The notes under the pieces: generated by a model | What the model was told of the DNA's origin: nothing | Seen by the model: the letters and a program-made list of their open reading frames with translations, nothing else | Databases searched by the model: none | Made by a program: the position numbers and the translations under genes | In this document: piece after piece, positions 1 through 11,033 of the stretch | Position numbering within the stretch: the stretch's first letter is position 1 | Layout of the letters: each line of letters opens with the position of its first letter | Assembly: GCF_006345805.1 (NCBI RefSeq) | Contig: NW_021835917.1 | Span: forward strand, 1 to 37,338 | From: Octopus sinensis | Lineage: Eukaryota | Direction of reading: 5' to 3' | Length of the DNA stretch: 37,338 nt

Positions 1-544
1 GAATAGAATAATGTAAACTGCAATCACTTGGACTTGAACCAAATAAACCTCCAACCATATACATGTTCCACACCTAAATATGGTCGCTTAAAGCAAAAAA
101 AAACAAAAACAAAATACCCCAAAACAGACACAAATATTTATAGATTTTTACTATTAGATTCAATTCTTCAGATAAGATTCTCATTCTTTGCATCTTCTAA
201 ATTGAATCTTTGAAATGAAGTCAAATGAAAAGGAATATTTTTGGCAATTACTATTGGCACTGATATATTCCTATAGGGTGCCATCAAAGATGCTCTATTT
301 TTGAGCCAGCTGTTGGCAAAATTTTACCAGTTTTTCAACCTTTCTTACTTAAATCCGTTCAATTGGATGAATTAGTTGAGTAAACTTTGACCGTCTTCTC
401 AATTTATATACATTAATATATCGATCGACAGATTGTTTGAACTGAAGCAACTATAATTCTATCTTTAATGACAATTCTGCATCTCTGTTGGTCAACTTCT
501 TATGTGTAGTTGCATAATATTCCATTGATTTAATTTTGCTAGGC

Positions 545-550
<6 letters not shown>

Positions 551-583
<33 letters not shown>

Positions 584-596
584 TGTGTGTGTTTGT
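551..596. repeat. (GT)n microsatellite
   Basis: Direct reading of the sequence. Confidence 0.95.
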
Positions 597-660
597 AGGT
601 GTGGAACTCGAAATTGCCCAGGCAAATCAAAAGCAAGCTGTTCCTTTGCAACTGTCCTAT

Positions 661-847
661 CATCATCATCATTGTTCGACCGTGGTCGAGACAATGATGA
701 TGAATTTACCATGCTACGCCAGACTTCATGGTCCATCATGGCATTATGGAGGTCCTGTTGCCGGATGCCTGTATCCCTGGAGATTACATCTGGGTAGGAG
801 AGTGTGCGCCCTCTGGTATTGCGAGTAGATGGCTTCCAGAGGAGAAG
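661..847 (-). mobile_element. 5'-truncated RTE-clade LINE 3' end, inserted antisense inside the outer RTE
   Basis: The minus strand reads SLLLWKPSTRNTRGRTLSYPDVISRDTGIRQQDLHNAMMDHEVWRSMV, an RTE C-terminus (LW.P...RGR...Y.D.I..DTG...AM.DR..WR), and ends in GTCGAACAAT(GAT)4. Confidence 0.85.
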
Positions 848-1038
848 ACTGCTATATTATATGGCAGTGAAACATGGAGACTGACAAAGAAATTATCAAA
901 CGGGCTAAATGGATGCTACACAAGGATGCTACGAATGGCTCTAAATGTGAAATGGCAGTAACCTATGACAAACGACTGCCTTTATGGAGGAGACCTGCTG
1001 AAAGTTAGTGAGAAGATCAAGCAAAGACGACCGCAACT

Positions 1039-1429
1039 GGAATGGAAGCACTCCGTCGGTTACGACAATGAGGGTTCTGGTTGATCCGAATCAACGGAAC
1101 AGCCTGCTCGTGAAATTAACGTGTAAGTGGCTGAGCACTCCACAGACACGTGTATCCTTAACGTAGTTCTCGGGGATATTCAGCGTGACACAGAGAGTGA
1201 CAAGGCCGGCCCCTTTGAAATACAGGTACAACAGAAACAGGAAGTAAGAGTGAGAGAAAGTTGTGGTGAAAGAGTACAGCAGGGATCACCACCATCCCCT
1301 GCCAGAGCCTCGTGGAGCTTTTAGGTGTTTTCGCTCAATAAACACTCACAACGCCCGGTCTGGGAATCGAAACCGCGATCCTATGACCGCGAGTCCGCTG
1401 CCTTAACCACTGGGCCATTGCGCCTCCAC
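1039..1429 (-). mobile_element. Full-length tRNA-headed SINE, family D (head resembles tRNA-Arg), about 390 bp
   Basis: Head GTGGAGGCGCAATGGCCCAGTGGTTAAGGC with A and B boxes; (TTCCA)-like tail; probable 10-bp TSD GACCGCAACT (1029-1038) / GGCTGCAACT (1430-1439), 8/10 identical; interrupts the RTE motif RRLQL. Confidence 0.9.
1363..1417 (-). promoter_or_regulatory. RNA Pol III type-2 internal promoter of SINE D
   Basis: A box TGGCCCAGTGG (1407-1417) and B box GTTTCGATTCC (1363-1373) on the minus strand with tRNA-like spacing. Confidence 0.75.
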
Positions 1430-2099
1430 GGCTGCAACTACCTGGTCACTGCATGCACCACCTCCAACTGGAAGCATCTCTTATTAGTTAGTCTTGCGGA
1501 ACCCTGCTCACCGTGATGTAAGAACAGGAAAATGTTGTCAAACATATATTTGGCAACTTAATTGCAGACAGTTACTCCTAAATATATCCAGACCCTTGAG
1601 GTAGTGATGATGGACTGAAAAGAGGGACATGTAGGCTTTGCTGTTGTGGCCCAGGTAGGGACCCAGCCTTAATAATAAAAATGATAATAGGCGTGAATTT
1701 GTGGAGGTGTGTATGTGTGTATGTGTACTGTGTATATATATTGTGTATATGTGCTCGTGTGTGAGTGTGTTCTTGCCTGTACGTACATAGGTGTCTTTTG
1801 TGAGTATACATTTATCAATTCGTTTGTCCAGGTGTTTAACATCTGATTTTCTCCATGCAGACATAGGTCTTGAGAGTAAGTTATTTGAGGCAGGATCTTT
1901 ATGGCCCGATGCTCTTTCTTTCACTAACATTTATTTTGGAGTAAAGGATGTTATTTCAATTAAGAGGTCTTTGAAAGTGTAAAGCAGCCAGTCATAAAAC
2001 CAACATATGGGCTACTCTGCTCTGCTCTGCTCAAGGAATGACAACCATATGTTGTCAACAGTCACACACAGCTCTACATGTACACACATGTATATACAT

Positions 2100-2500
2100 A
2101 CTCTTTTACTTGTTTCAGTCATTTGACTGCGGCCATGCTGTAGCACCACCTTTAGTCGAGCAAATCGACCCCAGGACTTATTCTTTGTAAGCCTAGAACT
2201 TATTCTATCAGTCTCTTTTGCTGAACCGCTAAGTTACGGGGACGTAAACACACCAGCATTGGTTGTCAAGTGATGTTGGGAGGACAAACACTAATACAGA
2301 AACACACGCATACATAAATATACATATACATATATACGACGGGCTTCTTTCAGTTTCCATCTATCAAATCCACTCACAAGGATTTGGTCTGCCCGAGGCT
2401 ATAGTAGGAGACATTTGCCCAAGGTGACATGCAGTGGGACTGAACCCGGAACCATATGGTTGGTAAGGAAGCTACTTACCACACAGCCAATCCTACGCCT
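2100..2500 (-). mobile_element. Full-length SINE family A (tRNA head, CORE-like CCTTGGGCAAGTGTCTT segment, internal microsatellite, ...CAAGTAAAAGAGT end)
   Basis: Aligns end to end with the copies at 21592-22013 and 10124-10600. Confidence 0.92.
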
Positions 2501-2575
2501 ACTACACAAATATGTGTAACGAATACATATGTACACACAGACACACACACATGAGCATATAGATATGTGTGGATA

Positions 2576-2770
2576 TATCATCGTCGCCGTCGTCATCATC
2601 ATCATAATCATCATCATCATCATCATTTAACGTCCACTTTCCATGCTGGCATGGATTGGACAGTTTGACAGGAGCTGGCTAGGTAGAAGACTCTACCAGG
2701 CTGCTGTGTCTCTTTTGTCATGGCGTTTATGGTTGGATGCTCTTCCTTAATACCAAACACCCCACAGACT
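2576..2770 (-). mobile_element. Family C 3' part with (ATG)n tail
   Basis: (CAT)n-TTTAACGTCCACTTTCCATGCTGGCATGG...GGATGCTCTTCC, the reverse complement of the C 3' end seen at 19200-19372. Confidence 0.8.
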
Positions 2771-2810
2771 AGACTGAGTTATGTGTGTGTGTGTGTGGTG
2801 TGTGTGTGTG

Positions 2811-2857
<47 letters not shown>

Positions 2858-2914
2858 ATGTATTCTTTACATACGTGTATGAAATTTCATCAGAACCATG
2901 CCTGTACTTAGTTA

Positions 2915-3058
2915 CACAGACATAAACTTCCTGTCGATCAAATCAGCTCACCAGGTCTTGGTCAGCCCACAGCTTACAGTAGACATTACTTGACCAAATT
3001 ATCATGCATAAGGATTGAACTTGGGTCTGGGGAACAAATTTCTTAAGCAGAGCCATGT
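2915..3058 (-). mobile_element. Old, degenerate SINE A 5' half
   Basis: Weak match to the A head (GGTCAGCCC...GTAGACATTACTTGACCAA...GGATTGAAC). Confidence 0.55.
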
Positions 3059-3703
3059 CTATCTGTATAAAGGTAATGCAATCATCAGTATACACTGATA
3101 CCTATTAACACTCATATACACTTCTTTACTACTGTCACAACAAATTAACTTTGCTAATCTTACTGACGTTTTATTATAAAATAGAATATTTTTACTCAGT
3201 ATAAGGTGATTAACATTCATTATAAAATATCGTAAGGTTATATGAATTGCTTCAGGAGATGGCTGAAGTCGTTTGACATAGCGGTATATCTGAGAAATCA
3301 TACCTTTTCTAATCAAAGGTAGTGGAAATTACAAAAAATTCTTAGGATATGATGGGCAATGATTAAGGAGTGAAATGGAAAATCAAGGTCAAAGATACAT
3401 GTCGAACAGTACAACACATGTGGATGTGATTACACACACAACACACACACACACCACACAACACACACCGATGTACATGTGTTATGGAAGACATGCATAA
3501 AATTCACACACAACACTCCAGGTTTCCCAGTAAGCCAAAGGAATGGAGTTATCTGATTACTGATCAATAATCAAGACCCATATCACCATTCATCAGCTAT
3601 TGAGTGTCAATTATTGATCTGCAATGTGAGTATTTTACGTTTGCATAATAAATTAAACATTCGATCATATACATACATGCATATAATACATATATATATA
3701 TAA

Positions 3704-3750
<47 letters not shown>

Positions 3751-4029
3751 TATATAATATAATATATATCATACATATAAATAATATATAAATATTTGCC
3801 TATATAATACGATGATGATGATGATGATGATGATATGTACATACCTACATATATATGCATTTATATATATATATATATATAATATAAAATAAATAATGTA
3901 TATAAATATATATGCATATATACGTACATATATGTACATACCTACATATATATGTATATATAAATATTTGCATGTATACATACATATAAGTATATATCTA
4001 CATATATATGTATATATACATGCATATAT

Positions 4030-4230
4030 GAGTACAGGACATCAAAAAACAAAAGACCAAGACAGTTGAAAGAACAACAAGCAGGTGCTGTAGTTTAACA
4101 CTCAGGAAGAATGGAAAAATCTTTGACATTTCGAGCCAACACTCATTAACAGGAAGGTTTAAGAGGAGGACAAAAAAAAAGAGAGAGAGAAAAATTGTTT
4201 AGGGATTAAAGGTTCAACATGACGAAATGG
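4030..4230 (-). mobile_element. Short element with a decayed hammerhead-like motif (PLE pseudo-LTR-like), copy 1
   Basis: Shares CTCAGGAA...(C)TTTGACATTTCGAGC...CAG(G)AAG with 5685-5893 and 11030-11210; sits next to TA repeats. Confidence 0.6.
4121..4156 (-). ncRNA. Degenerate minimal type I hammerhead-like motif
   Basis: CUUC CUGUUAA U GAGU-GUUG-GCUC GAAA UGUC AAAG. The core is mutated; stem II and the GUC triplet are retained. Confidence 0.4.
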
Positions 4231-5124
4231 CCCTTAGTCTATTAGTTGCTTTTGCTGAACTACTATGTTACTGAGACAGAAATGCACCAATGACAGCGAA
4301 AGTGGGGTGAGGGATATACATAAACACACACACACACACACACAGACACACACACACACATGCACAGATATCTATATACGTATGTACTAAATTCATTACT
4401 CTAAGCCTGGAGTCCACAAAATTTAACAAACTTCTCAAATCTAAAAGATTTTGTGATCTAAGAATATATATATACACATATAGAAATGCATGTAAATATA
4501 CATACACACACATATATATATGTATGTATATGTATATACATATGCATATATATAAATGTATATATATATATATATATGAAAATATATATATATAATATAT
4601 GCATCATACTTAACACCACACAATATATATAATATCTATATATATGTATATATAGATGTATATATATATATATAATAATATATATATATAGATATATATA
4701 TATATAATAGATATACGCACACACATAAGTATGTATATACACAAATATATTTATACATATACAAACATACATATATACAAATTCATAAGCATATACAGAC
4801 ACTGATATGTACAGGATATACATCTATATACATACATATATATATATATAATGTATATGCACATATGCATATAGTAGATAAAATATATAATATATATATA
4901 TATAATATATATATTATATATATATATATATATACACAAATATATACATTTACACATACACAGATATATATATACACACACAGCCACATATATACGCATT
5001 AAAATGCTCAAAGGAGGTCTTAATCCATGAAGATCTGTCAGATGAATGGAAGTGAAACTTTCATAAATTTCCTTAATTGCTGTCTTAAAGCAATGGAATT
5101 AAACCTGACACAGAGTGTTTTGTA

Positions 5125-5162
<38 letters not shown>

Positions 5163-5391
5163 GCAAATGCATAAATAAATATTTGTACCTAAACTTACAT
5201 GAACTTGAATTACTGGGTGGGGTGTGTGGTGATCTTGTGTATATATATATGTGTTATATATATATATGTGTGTTATATATATATATATATATATATAAAG
5301 AAAGAAATAAGTGAAAGAACTCTGTGGATCCCTCATATATATATATAGAGAGAGAGAGAATGAGAGATAGTTAGATAGATAGATAGATAGA

Positions 5392-5430
<39 letters not shown>

Positions 5431-5653
5431 CTCCTGTTTCTATAGTCAACACTATCAACATAAATAAGGTGACATAGTATATTTGTGTATACAGCAGCAC
5501 ACTTTATATGTGCCTCTGTTTGTATGAAACACTTCTGTGCAACTACATACACACACACGCCTGTATACATGTATATATATATATATATATATTATATACA
5601 CACACACACACACATATTTATATATATACATATATATACATATATACACATAT

Positions 5654-5684
<31 letters not shown>

Positions 5685-5686
<2 letters not shown>

Positions 5687-5893
5687 CGGGAAGCTTTATG
5701 AAAATAAACAAAAGACGAAGGCAGGTGGAAAACAAACGAACAATTGTATTAGTATGGCGCTCAGGAAATATAAAAAAACAAGTCTTTAAACGTTTCGAGC
5801 CTACGCTCTTCAACAGAAAGATACACAGAGAGAGAAAACACAGAAAGAAGGAGAGAAAAAAATGCGTGCAGTAGCTAACGAATCAACATGGCG
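5685..5893 (-). mobile_element. Short element with a hammerhead-like motif, copy 2, inserted in (TA)n
   Basis: Flanked on both sides by (TA)n; same conserved blocks as copies 1 and 3. Confidence 0.65.
5783..5821 (-). ncRNA. Minimal type I hammerhead-like motif
   Basis: UCUUU CUGUUGA A GAGC-GUAG-GCUC GAAA CGU UU AAAGA. Stem I is 5 bp, stem II is a perfect 4 bp, and helix III is the palindrome ACGU. Deviations: A6>U, an extra A after A9 and an extra U at the cleavage site. Confidence 0.55.
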
Positions 5894-6048
5894 ATATATA
5901 TATATATATATTTGTATATACATAAGAACATATATATATGTATATGCATAAATGTATATTTTATATACATACATTTATATATCTATATACATGTATGTAT
6001 ATATATATGTGCATATACACACACACACACACACACATATATATAAAC

Positions 6049-6262
6049 ACTTTTACTCTTTTACTTGTTTTAGTCATTTGGCTGTGGCCATGTTGGAGCA
6101 CCGCCTTTAGTCGAGCAAATCAACCCCAGGACTTATTCTTTGTAAGCCTAGTACTTATTCTATCATTCTCTCTTACCAACCACTAAGTGACAGGGATGTA
6201 AACACGCCAGCATCGGTTGTCAAGCGATGTTGGGGGCGACAAACACAGTCACACAAACATAC
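6049..6262 (-). mobile_element. SINE A 3' half, broken at the internal microsatellite
   Basis: Matches 2100-2300 with high identity; no head follows. Confidence 0.88.
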
Positions 6263-6437
6263 ACACACACATACATTCTTACACTATATTACATCATTTA
6301 TCCTTATAGGTTTGGCTTTACAAATACAGGAAGCAGAACTCAACATAAGAAGTACAGTATATACATACATACACACATCCATCTATCCATTATCCATCCA
6401 TCTATACATATAACATACATACATACATACAGAGATA

Positions 6438-6468
<31 letters not shown>

Positions 6469-6744
6469 GATGATATATATATATATCTTATATATATATA
6501 TATAGTACATAAATATATATATACATTATATATATAATTATATATATTATATATATAGTCTCTCTTCTCTTTCTCCTCTTTCTCCTCAACGCTCATGTAG
6601 ATATATGTAGGAACACATGTACACAGTAAATCATCTATACACTCACAAATATAGGCTATTGGTTCCCAACAAGAATCCTACCACACACCAACATGCCCAC
6701 TCCTGTCTTCCATAAAAACCACCTGTAGCACTCTTACCCCTCAT

Positions 6745-7345
6745 TCTACCACCACCACCACCACCACCACCACCACCGCCATCAGCAGCAGCACCACCAC
6801 CACCACCACTATTACCACTTCACCAATTATAAAACTGAATTCAAATTATGTTTTATAATGACTCATTGCCACTCAGTGGTGGTGGTCATGGCGATTGTGT
6901 TTGTCATGGGTGCTGTTATTCTGTAGAGGCGGTGATGGTGGTGATGATGAGTGATGGTGTTGGTGTTGTTGTTGTTGGTGGTGGTGGTGGTTGTCCTTCT
7001 AGTCATGGCAAACTTTGTTATTGGTACTGAATGGTGGTGGTGTCGATGATGTTGACGGTAATGATGATGCTTTTGAGGCGAGGGGGGGGTCCTGTGTGGT
7101 GGTGGTGGTCATGGTTGTCATTGTCGTTGTCGTCGTCGTGCTGATGGTGATGGTGGTGATGCTGATGGGGATGACAGAGGCACGGCTGCTGGTGGTAGTG
7201 CGAGGGAGTGCAATGATGTTTGTGTTGGCATTAGTAGGGGCACCTGTACATGTGTGTGTATGTGTATGTATGTGTGTGTGTGTGTGTGTGTGTGCGCGCA
7301 CGCAAGCATGTGTGTATGTGTATGTGTGTGTGTGTGTGTGTGTGT
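6745..7345. repeat. (CAC)n, then (GTG/GTT/GAT)n and (GT)n low-complexity tract
   Basis: Direct reading. Confidence 0.85.
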
Positions 7346-7582
7346 GCTTGCATTGTTTCATGGTAAACAAGGCTTGAACATTTATCTGAACTGGCTGGGT
7401 ATGTGATGGTAGCTAATTTGTGTGTGGTGGTGGTGGGGGGGGGGGGCAGAGTAGGGGTTGGGGAGGGGCGGTCAAGTCTACAAAAAGTCTTAATTGCTTT
7501 CAGAAAAATATCCTATATTGTCTATTTGTAGCTTGGAAGATAGAGGTGATGGAGAGGATGAAAGAGGAATGGAATGAGAAAC

Positions 7583-7629
<47 letters not shown>

Positions 7630-7843
7630 AGGTGGGGAGGGAGAGAAAGAGAGAGGTAGACACTGAGAGAGAAGGTGAGTGATTGAGGGTGGGAGGTACA
7701 CTAGGAGAGTGATGAGAGAAGAAAGAGGAGAGACACACTGATGGGAGACTCCTGAAAATGTACAAGAAATGGTGAGAGAGAGATGGAAAAAGAGAGAGAG
7801 AGAGACAGAGAAGGAGACAGAGCAACAGGATAGAAAGAGAATA

Positions 7844-8062
7844 ATGGAGCAATAGGAGAGAGAAAGAGAGAGAGAGAGTGATGGAGCAATAGGAGAGAGA
7901 AAGAGTGATGGAGCAATAGGAGAGAGAGAGAGTGATGGAGCAATAGGAGAGAGAAAGAGTGATGGAGCAATAGGAGAGAGAAAGAGCGATGGAGCAATAG
8001 GAGAGAGAAAGAGTGATGGAGCAATAGGAGAGAGAAAGAGTGATGGAGCAATAGGAGAGAGA
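7844..8062. repeat. 27-bp minisatellite (GTGATGGAGCAATAGGAGAGAGAAAGA), 8 copies, within a GA-rich tract at about 7540-8110
   Basis: ATGGAGCAATAGG at 7844, 7881, 7908, 7935, 7962, 7989, 8016 and 8043. Confidence 0.95.
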
Positions 8063-8179
8063 GAGAGAGAGGGGGTGATGGTGTGTGAGAGAGAGATGGA
8101 GTGAGGAAGAGAATTAGAAAGAGTATTGTACATTCCATGTTTCTATGTATTTATCCATCTAACTGTTGTGTGTGTTGTG

Positions 8180-8395
8180 TGCGTGTTTGTCTCCCACCAT
8201 CGCTTGACAACCAACCGGTGTTGGTGTGTGTACATCCCAGACTCCATTGCTTCTTCTGGCATGGTTTCTACAACTGGATGCCCTTCCTAATACCAACCAC
8301 ATTACAGAGTGTAATGGTTGTTTTGTTTTTTTTTCTCATGTGGCACCAGCACCAGTGCTTTTTGCATTCCACCAGCACTGGTATCAATTCTTCTG
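8180..8395. mobile_element. SINE A middle fragment (+, about 8180-8240) abutting a family C fragment (-, about 8245-8395)
   Basis: CCACCATCGCTTGACAACC...GTTGGTGTG followed by GGCATGGTTTCTACAACTGGATGCCCTTCCTAATACCAACC. Confidence 0.7.
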
Positions 8396-8430
8396 TGGTG
8401 GTGGGCAGGTCTTCTCTATCTCTCTAGATT

Positions 8431-8575
8431 TATGATGGGGTGCTGAAAAGTTCCTGGCTTTGAGGGAATCATGAAAGTGTGGGAATCTGAGAGAGGAATA
8501 TGTTGAATAAAATCTTAATTAACTGACCCTCCCATATTTTCTTTTACTCAGAGCAAGGAAATTTTCAACACCCAC

Positions 8576-8581
<6 letters not shown>
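8431..8581. mobile_element. Mariner-type MITE, about 150 bp
   Basis: Imperfect 31-bp TIRs (TATGATGGGGTGCTGAAAAGTTCCTGGCTTT and GAGCAAGGAAATTTTCAACACCCACCACATA) with TA ends; same TIR family as 33630-33854. Confidence 0.75.
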
Positions 8582-8610
<29 letters not shown>

Positions 8611-8668
8611 CTCTCTCTCTTTCGGAGAGGCACTGAGCAGCTATACGCACACATATACACACAGCAGT

Positions 8669-8818
8669 AACTTCCACCTACCAAATTCAATCACAAAGCT
8701 TCGGTCGGCTCGAGGCTATAGTGGAAGACACCTACCCAATGTGCCTCGCAGTGGGACTGAACCCAAAACCATGTAGTTGGGAAGCAAGCTCCCTAACCAC
8801 ACAGCCATGTCCGTGCCT
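8669..8818 (-). mobile_element. SINE A 5' half
   Basis: Matches the head and CORE-like region of 2345-2500. Confidence 0.85.
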
Positions 8819-8867
8819 GTAGCTATATATCATATACAAAATATATGTGTGTGTGTGTTAGATGAAA

Positions 8868-9272
8868 AGTTAACAGAATTGTTAGCATGCTGGGCGAAAT
8901 GCTTAACAGTATTTCGTCTGCTGGTATTTTGTTCTGATTTCAAATTCTACTGAGGTTGACTTTGCCTTTCATCTTTTTGGGGTTGATTAAATAAGTACCA
9001 AATATGCACTGGGGCCGATGCAATCGACTTAATCCCCTTTGTCTGTCCTTGTTTGTGCCCTCTATGTTTAGCCTCCTGTGGGCAATAAAATAAATGCTTA
9101 GCAGTATTTCGTCCGTCTCTACATTCTGAATTCAAATTCTGCTGAGGACAACTATGCCTTTCAACTTCTAGGGTCGATAAATTAAGTACCAGTTGTGTAC
9201 TGGGGCTGATCTAATCGTCTGGCCTCCTCCCGCCAAAATCTCGGGCTTTGTGCCTAGAGTAGAAAAGAATAT
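8868..9272 (+). mobile_element. SINE family B head-to-tail dimer (unit 1 about 8868-9092; unit 2 about 9093-9272 with a different 3' end)
   Basis: Both units carry GTTC(T)GA(G)TTCAAATT...GACTTTGCCTTTCATC...GGGTCGATAAATTAAGTACCAG. The 3' ends differ (GTGGGCAATAAA versus GTGCCTAGAGTAGAAAAGAAT). Confidence 0.88.
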
Positions 9273-10123
9273 GTGTGTGTGTGTGTGTGTGTGCATGTGT
9301 GCATTTTGGTAAGCCTATTTACAACACCAGAGTTTGAATATATGCTGAGATTTGGGAACCGGTACTATGTGTAATCCTAAAACCACAATGCTAGGGACCA
9401 ACTGGTCATGGCTGGAATCCGTTTGATCATTGATATGCTAATTTAAATTTTACCGGGAGCTAACAACAACAAAAACAGCTGTGATTTACAACTTCCCCAA
9501 CAAAAATAGCTTTTCATTTAATTCAAAACTGTAGTAACTACACTAAATGTAAATTATTTTAATTAGCTTAAAATTAAATCATTATCATCATCACTATTAT
9601 TATTATTATTATTACTATTACAATTATCATAATTATTACGGAAATCATTATTTTTATTATTGTTATTGTTAATGTTGTCGTTGCTGTTGTTGTTGTTGCT
9701 GATAAAGGTTTTGTACATGTCTATACTAAGTAAGTGATAAAAAATAAAAAATAAAAACAAAACAAAAGAAAAAACAGAAATCTTAATTATAATTCAGAAT
9801 ATTAAATCTTGTTGCATCAATCATATTTAACGAATATTATTTAATAAAGTTATCAGATAATTTATTAAGCTGCAGTCAAAAATTTCACATAGAATATATT
9901 TACCAAAATAATATTGATCTGATAGTTAATAAGAATTGATTTATGAGGCATATGGAACTTTTCTTGTAATGCCAAGATTATTTTGCATTGGAGATTTTAG
10001 ACTAACCATTTAAAATATCGATAGCCAAATGGTTAACAAGCTTGCTTTGCAATCTTGAATTGTGTACTCCAGGTTTCAATTCCACTTCCCAGTGTGATAT
10101 CTTGAACAAATTTGTGTTCTGTC

Positions 10124-10293
10124 TCAAGTGTGGCTCTGTGGTAAGAAGCTTGCTTCCCAACGACATGGCTCTGGGTTCAGTCCCACTGTGCAGTACTCTT
10201 CCAATATAGCCTCAGGCCAAACAAAGCCTTGTGAGTGGATTTGGTAGAGGGAAACTGAAAGAAGCCCATCATATATGTATATGTGTGTGTATG

Positions 10294-10377
<84 letters not shown>

Positions 10378-10600
10378 TTTATGTGTGTGTGTCTGTGCTT
10401 GTCCCCCTTGCCATCATTTGACAACCGATGCTGGTGTGTTTATGTCCCTGTCACTTGGTAGTACAGTAAAGGGACCGATAGAATAAGTACTAGGTTTACA
10501 AAGAATGACTCCTGGGATTGATTTCTTAAACTAAAACCCTTTACAACTGTGCTCCAACATGACTGCAGTCAAATGACTGAAACAAGTAAATGAAAAGAAT
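10124..10600 (+). mobile_element. Full-length SINE A with an expanded internal (CT)n(AT)n(GTAT)n; an older degenerate head lies at about 10020-10112
   Basis: Head TGGCTCTGTGGTAAGAAGCTTGC through 3' end GACTGAAACAAGTAAA. Confidence 0.9.
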
Positions 10601-10870
10601 ATAAATATATATATACTCTTTTACACAAGGCTACCAATGGTTTTATATAGAGAGAAATCTTGCAACAATTATCAAGCCTGCCGCTTGGGAATATTTTTAC
10701 TTTCCATTGTGAATGAGAATACAGGAGGCTACACGAGAATGTACAGGATTTGGGGGTACATAGGTATATATAAAGATCATGGAAGAATTATAATTGTTGT
10801 CTCCCTTGCATTAGTCCTGGTATCCTTATAATGAACTGCATTCATCAAAGATTGGTTAATTCCTTAATTA

Positions 10871-10983
10871 ATTTATGTGAGAACGCTTACTCACATCCAA
10901 ATTGATCAATATGAATGCATATATATGCACACAAACTCACACACACAAGCACACACATACACACACACACACACACACATATC

Positions 10984-11029
<46 letters not shown>
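10871..11029. repeat. Direct repeat, copy 1 (partner 11975-12113)
   Basis: ATTTATGTGAGAACGCTTACTCACATCCAAATTGATCAATATGAATGC... identical over the first approximately 90 bp; offset 1104 bp. Confidence 0.95.

Positions 11030-11033
<4 letters not shown>

Larger units (their letters stand above)
599..1530 (+). mobile_element. Decayed RTE-clade LINE fragment (C-terminal part of the RT ORF), split by two nested insertions
   Basis: Three collinear pieces. 599-656 reads VWNSKLPRQIKSKLFL/ATV. 851-1038 reads AILYGSETWRLTKKLSNGLNGCYTRMLRMALNVKWQ*PMTNDCLYGGDLLKVSEKIKQRRPQL. 1430-1530 reads LQLPGHCMHH...LVLRNPAHRDVRTG. These match RTE motifs LLYGSETW, YTRMLR, W..H.TN..LYG and RRLQLAGHC. Stops and frameshifts are present. 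Confidence 0.88.
3660..5690. repeat. Compound (TA)n/(CA)n/(TATG)n/(GAT)n/(TAGA)n microsatellite field with short unique islands
   Basis: Direct reading; explains the YI/HT/CV-rich ORFs in the track. Confidence 0.9.

Noticed and set aside
264-300. TATAGGGTGCCATCAAA as a Tc1/mariner TIR start
   Set aside because: No matching inverted end was found in the window.
1355-1429. tRNA gene
   Set aside because: A and B boxes are present, but the anticodon and acceptor stems do not pair and the sequence continues into a SINE body. The same applies to the other SINE heads.
3523-3596. CTGATGA...GAAA on the minus strand
   Set aside because: No closing stem II pair, no U16.1-H17 geometry and no stem I.
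7522-8133. 203-aa ORF with LSPIAPSLF repeats
   Set aside because: Translation of the 27-bp GA minisatellite.
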